Assembly (NCBI GenBank): GCA_002269645.1
Contig: NIVC01000499.1
Span: 1-60,920 of the forward strand
Source: Macrostomum lignano
Lineage: Eukaryota
Reading direction: 5' to 3'
Length of the DNA stretch: 60,920 nt
In this document: positions 55,885 to 60,920 of the stretch, piece by piece
Layout of the letters: every line of letters starts with the position of its first letter
How positions within the stretch are numbered: position 1 is the first letter of the stretch
Translations under genes and position numbers: made by a program
Notes under the pieces: generated by a model
What the model was told of the DNA's origin: nothing
Databases searched by the model: none
Seen by the model: the letters and a program-made list of their open reading frames with translations, nothing else

Positions 55885-57030
55885 ATGTCAGCAGCTTCTA
55901 GACGCCCTGCAACGGTGGGCTTTGGCCCATCTGGCCAAGCTGCTGGCCCATCGACTGTCTCTCAAGGTACAGCTCCTCCATTACAGCAGCACCCGCTGCC
56001 CTGGCCTTCAACCCCATCATCGCAGCAGTCTTTCTCCGCTGTTGCTGAGGAATGCGCCGACCATTTTCACTGCCTGGTCTGCGGCCTTGTGGCCGTGGTC
56101 CAGTGCGCACTGCTCAATTACTACTTAGTGACGGGTCTGAGCGTTGCCTGGCTTTGGTTCCTTGTCGCTGACATTGTCGTGATCGGAGCCTTAGTCTATG
56201 GCTTTGTCAACACCTACCTTTACAGGCGGGGCCAGTACACGAGGTTCCTTGAAGCGAAACAGCCCGGCGAAATTCCATTTGCCTGGGCCCTGTGGCTGCT
56301 GAACCAGGCCTGCGTGGTTGCTCGCCTAATCGTTATATACTACTCGTTTGGTACAACAGTAGGCGCATGGGGGAATGTCGGCTCGAATCTGCTGCGCACA
56401 ACCGGAGCACTGAGCTGCGTGACAGGATTCCTATTGATGAAATCCCTGCTGCTGGGACCGCCGTTCATACTGAAGAATCATTTGTTCATCTTCCGCATCG
56501 GAGCGGAAACTGCCATCGATGTGCTGGACGCTGTCGACTTTCTCGACGTGCTGTTAGTGAATAATTCGCGTCAACGCCTGCCAGCGGGTCTGACTGAGTG
56601 CATTCTGACTTTTGCCGCGGCCACACTGCTGGCTCCAGCCTGCCTGATGTCTGTGTACTCGTTCAGCCGGTTCGGCTACCTGACCACGGCCAAGAGTCGA
56701 TTAGTTCGATCGCTGCACCTGCTGTTCTCTGTGCTGCTGTGCAACCTGCCTCTGTTCATTATCCGGCTCTACCTGTGGTACAGCCTGTCACTGACTCTTG
56801 TGTCAGCTTTTGTGGTGAAAAATATTCTGTTCATCTATTTGAACTTCACCGACTTGATGCGCCAGATTCTGCCTGAGATGGCTGGCCAGTCGGCTTTGCC
56901 TGGAACTGCTGCCGCTGCGGCTGCTTCTGTTGGTGCTTCTAGAAGCCAACAACAAGCTGATGTCGGGTCTCTTGAGCAGCCGCTCGAGAGTCTGTCGGGA
57001 TCCAGGGCTGGGCTCATTACGTCGCCATAA
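55885..57030 (+). CDS. TMEM121/CECR6-family multi-pass membrane protein (381 aa from ATG 55885)
   Basis: Several hydrophobic helices; motifs IDVLDAVDFLDVLL, CNLPLFIIRLYLW and SAFVVKNILFI typical of the family (by eye). A possible 5'-UTR acceptor TTTCAGCAG lies just upstream. Confidence 0.75.
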   Translation: MSAASRRPATVGFGPSGQAAGPSTVSQGTAPPLQQHPLPWPSTPSSQQSFSAVAEECADHFHCLVCGLVAVVQCALLNYYLVTGLSVAWLWFLVADIVVIGALVYGFVNTYLYRRGQYTRFLEAKQPGEIPFAWALWLLNQACVVARLIVIYYSFGTTVGAWGNVGSNLLRTTGALSCVTGFLLMKSLLLGPPFILKNHLFIFRIGAETAIDVLDAVDFLDVLLVNNSRQRLPAGLTECILTFAAATLLAPACLMSVYSFSRFGYLTTAKSRLVRSLHLLFSVLLCNLPLFIIRLYLWYSLSLTLVSAFVVKNILFIYLNFTDLMRQILPEMAGQSALPGTAAAAAASVGASRSQQQADVGSLEQPLESLSGSRAGLITSP

Positions 57031-57109
57031 AATTTTAGTTAGTGACCATTTTGAGTCGTTCTGAGACTGTAATTCTACCATGACTAGAGAACATTCATTG
57101 ATTGTGCCA

Positions 57110-57590
57110 AAAACTGGCCCTAGACTGTGCAAATAACTGGCCCTAGACTGTGCAAATAACTGGCCCTAGACTGTGCAAATAGCTGGCCCTAGACTGTGCA
57201 AATAACTGGCCCTAGACTGTGCAAATAACTGGCCCTAGACTGTGCAAAAAACTGGCCTTAGACTGTGCAAATAACTGGCCCTAGACTGTGCAAATAACTG
57301 GCCCTAGACTGTGCAAATAACTGGCCCTAGACTGTGCAAAAAACTGGCCCTAGACTGTGCAAATAACTGGCCCTAGACTGTGCAAATAGCTGGCCCTAGA
57401 CTGTGCAAATAGCTGGCCCTAGACTGTGCAAATAACTGGCCCTAGACTGTGCAAATAACTGGCCCTAGACTGTGCAAATAACTGGCCCTAGACTGTGCAA
57501 ATAACTGGCCCTAGACTGTGCAAATAACTGACCCTAGACTCTGCAAATAACTGGCCCTAGACTGTGCAAATAACTGGCCCCAGATTTTGC
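57110..57590. repeat. 23-bp minisatellite (ACTGGCCCTAGACTGTGCAAATA), about 21 copies
   Basis: TAG recurs at 57121, 57144 and onward. Confidence 0.93.
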
Positions 57591-59259
57591 CAATAAGTGG
57601 GCTTAGACTGTAACAACAAATAGCCAATTGGTTGAAGTCGCTGGTCAATTTCGTCAATGTGTACCAACAATTTGCTGTATATCCTAACCAGGAATTATTC
57701 TAAAAGTGTTTTGGTTAAACGCTGCTAGCAACTTTGCGATTGACCTTTTGTACATGTACTTCTTGCAAACGACGACCCTAACAGATCAGTGTTAGTCAGC
57801 TACCGATAGATATCGAAGTTTGATAATCTTTTGTAAACCTTTTAAACAATGAAGAAGTAGCGTTTTCTGTCTACTTGATGCCTCATTTCTCACGTAGGAT
57901 CAGGCAACCGAAATCAAATTAAAATTAAAGTTTTGCTTGTTTTGCACGTTTACTATTTTTTTGTACTTTTGTACTTTTGTACTTTTGTACTTTTTGTAAA
58001 CCACTTTTATCACTTTTCTAATATTCCTAATGATGTACTTACTCTGTTTTCATTACTGTAAATAACTTAGACAATTTGCATACTGGTGCCTAGGAAAGTT
58101 TTATTTCTCCAGCTGTTGAATTCAGCCATATTCTTCAAATCATTCCATCAAAATTTCTCAAATTTTTCTAAATAGCTTACTGTTAGTAGGCTAATTAAAA
58201 TATTTTGCTGGTGATCTGTTATGCTCGAATTGTAATAATTCCTATTTTTTCCAGAGCTTGCAAAATTGAATTAATTTCGGTTTTTACAGATCATATTCCT
58301 TGAGAATGACAACTTAGTGTTGGTTTTGATTTTGATGCTATTTTCAAGTCTTAATATTTTTCTCAAACGAAATGACATGTATTTTGCATATTTAACTATA
58401 AAATTTGGATGTTCTAAAATTATTACTGCAAAGATGATAGCCTGTTTGATACAGAGCACCTGCGCAACTAGTCAAAACTTATATTTGTAACTAGCAAACC
58501 TCTTGATCAAACATTGATATTTTAAACTTTATATATTAATTACTAAACGCAAATAAAATATTGAATTGCCAAAAGACTCGCGCTGCTTCTTTGCTTTGAA
58601 AATAATTTTCGGGTTTTATTTCACTTTAAATGCTGTTGTCATTTTTGACAGTCATTTCTTCAATTTTCTTTTCAATTTCAAATTGCGCAGTTTTCTAATA
58701 ATCAACTGAATGAAAGTGTCTGGGCACCGCTATGCAGAGAGATCAATATAAACACATTTGCACCAATCCAAAGACCTTGGGGTCCCACCCAAGGAACCTG
58801 AGACCTAACCGATCTAGAGACACTGTCACCCAAATGTACATGTAGACACTGCTGACACTGCTGCTCGTTTAGAGAAGCTATCACACAGAGTCATCTAATA
58901 TCTATAGACCCTGAAACACATCTAGAGATTCTGACACCATCTATAAATCCTAGGACGCATCTATAGACCCTGACATGCATCTATAGATCCTGACATCCAT
59001 ATACTTTTTATTGGAGACAAGGCGTGCAGTGTGCACCCTTTACACGACATTGTCACACAGCCGGCGAGAGGCATTACTGCCCATTCCGCCGACTCCCCTG
59101 AGCAGGCACACAAGCGCGCGGATGCGTACGCAGTCATACGCACAGGCACACACTCACACAGGAGTGTACAGCGGCCCTAACTTTATTTTATCGTTAGGCA
59201 TGTACACTTCACTGTGCCTAAAATTCATCTATAGACCCTGAAAATCGCCTATCAACAAA

Positions 59260-60002
59260 AATAACATCTATCTATAGACCCTAAAATTTATCTGTAGACT
59301 CTGGCATCCATCTATAGTTCCTGACATCCATCTATAGACCCTGACATCCATATATACACCCTGACATCCATTTATAGACCCTGACTTCCATCTATAGTTC
59401 CTGACATCCATCTATATACCCAGACATCCATATATAGACCCTGACATCCATTTATAGACCCTGACTTCCATCTATAGTTCCTGACATCCATCTATATACC
59501 CTGACATCCATTTATAGACCATGACATCCATCTATAGACCCTGATATCCATCTATAGACCCTTACATCCATCTATAGACCCTGACATCCATTTATAGACC
59601 CTGAAATCCATCTATAGACCCTTACATCCATCTATAGACCCTTACATCCATCTATAGACCCTGAAATCCATCTATAGACCCTGACATCCATCTATAGATC
59701 CTGAAATCCATCTATAGACCCTGACATCCATTTATAGACCCTGACATCCATATATAGACCCTGACATCCATCTATAGACCCTGAAATCCATCTATAGACC
59801 CTGACATCCATCTATAGACCCTGACATCCATGTATAGACCCTGACATCCATTTATAGACCCTGACATCCATTTATAGACCCTGACATCCATATATAGACC
59901 CTGAAATCCATTTATAGACCCTGACATCCATCTATAGACCCGGAAATCCATCTATAGACCCTGACATCCATCTATAGACCCTGACATCCATCTATAGACC
60001 CC
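59260..60002. repeat. 20-bp minisatellite (CTATAGACCCTGACATCCAT), about 36 copies; decayed copies at ~58880-59000
   Basis: Period 20 is visible at 59521-59580. Confidence 0.93.
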
Positions 60003-60524
60003 AGCACATGCCTGGAAATCCTGCAACCTCTTTAAAAAAGCCCTGTCCAACTCTTTCTTAGAAAATCGACCCTCTTTAACTTGGCACTTGTGGCAGTAAT
60101 TCTGTCAGTAATTTTTCCATTTCCCAACCCAGTTGCAGGACAGCAAGAAACGCTTGCTAATTCGACAGTACAGAGAATTCCGAATTCTCTTGTCTGCAGC
60201 ACAGAATTGCAGTTTATTAAGGCTACAATTAATCGCGCCGCACCCTCAGCCATGCGCGGAGGCTGTCCCGGGCCCCATCTCCATAACTATGCAATATGAC
60301 GTAGTTGTGTTGTTTCCTTCTTGAACCTTCCTTGTCAACAGTAACCTGCATACAGAGAACTTGTTTTCAGTAGAAAACTTCTCTGCTAACTGCCGAAACA
60401 ACGTGCATGCGATACAATATAACTAGCCCTCAGGGACTTCTGAATAGGTTCCTGGACTGGAGGCCAGAATTCCATTTCAAATCTTCTATATTAAAGGGGT
60501 ACAGACACTGGTGTAGCCATTGAG

Positions 60525-60920
60525 GAGTGCCATTTCATTTGAGGAAGTGCCATTTCTTTTGAGGGAGTGCCATTTCATTTGAAGGAGTGCCATTTCATTC
60601 GAGGGAGTGCCATTTCATTCGAGGAAGTGCCATTTCATTCGAGGGAAGTGCCATTTCATTTGAGGGGTGCCATTTCGTTCGAGGTAGTGCCATTTCATTC
60701 GAGGGAGTGCCATTTCATTCGAGGGAGTGCCATTTCATTCGAGGGAGTGCCATTTCATTCGAGGGAGTGCCATTTCATTTGAGGTGCCATGTTCGAAGGT
60801 AGTGCCATTTCATTCGAAGGGAGTGCATTTCATTCGAGGAGTGCCATTTCATTCGAGGGAGTGCCATTTCATTCGAGGGAGTGCCATTTCATTTAAGGGA
60901 GTGCCATTTCATTTGAGGAG
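60525..60920. repeat. 20-bp minisatellite (GAGGGAGTGCCATTTCATTC), runs off the window end
   Basis: Period 20 is visible at 60721-60780. Confidence 0.93.

Overview
Eukaryotic, repeat-dense genomic DNA. The TE mix, spliceosomal intron and many 19-23 bp minisatellites resemble a free-living flatworm such as Macrostomum lignano (inference, not verified). No prokaryotic genes, rRNA, tRNA genes or CRISPR arrays were found. Main contents: (1) a complete 10.2-kb Ty3/Gypsy LTR retrotransposon (16853-27049, minus strand) with apparently identical 1133-bp LTRs, AATT TSD, tRNA-Leu-like PBS, a G-GGA-AAC -1 frameshift site, a ~345-aa insert with five 27-aa repeats between RNase H and integrase, and an extra 3' ORF; (2) a reconstructable 700-aa host gene with two C2H2 zinc fingers and two tandem, catalytically altered ALKBH3-like domains (35632->31503), whose first coding exon is split by a 5'-truncated RNase H-bearing LINE; (3) a three-level nest: a P-like MITE (8-bp TSD) contains a 15.3-kb foldback/MULE-like element (10-bp TSD; arms of 395 bp unique sequence plus inverted 171-bp satellite arrays; a cargo ORF), which in turn contains a near full-length LOA/R1-type LINE; (4) a TMEM121-family gene (55885-57030); (5) a deleted Tc1/IS630-type transposon, P-element transposase and Gypsy gag relics, small MITEs, a 2.5-kb almost CpG-free patch, and many minisatellites. 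Every retroelement frameshift I could resolve is a 1-bp loss in a homopolymer, which suggests assembly error rather than decay. All protein family calls are by motif recognition by eye; no searches were run.
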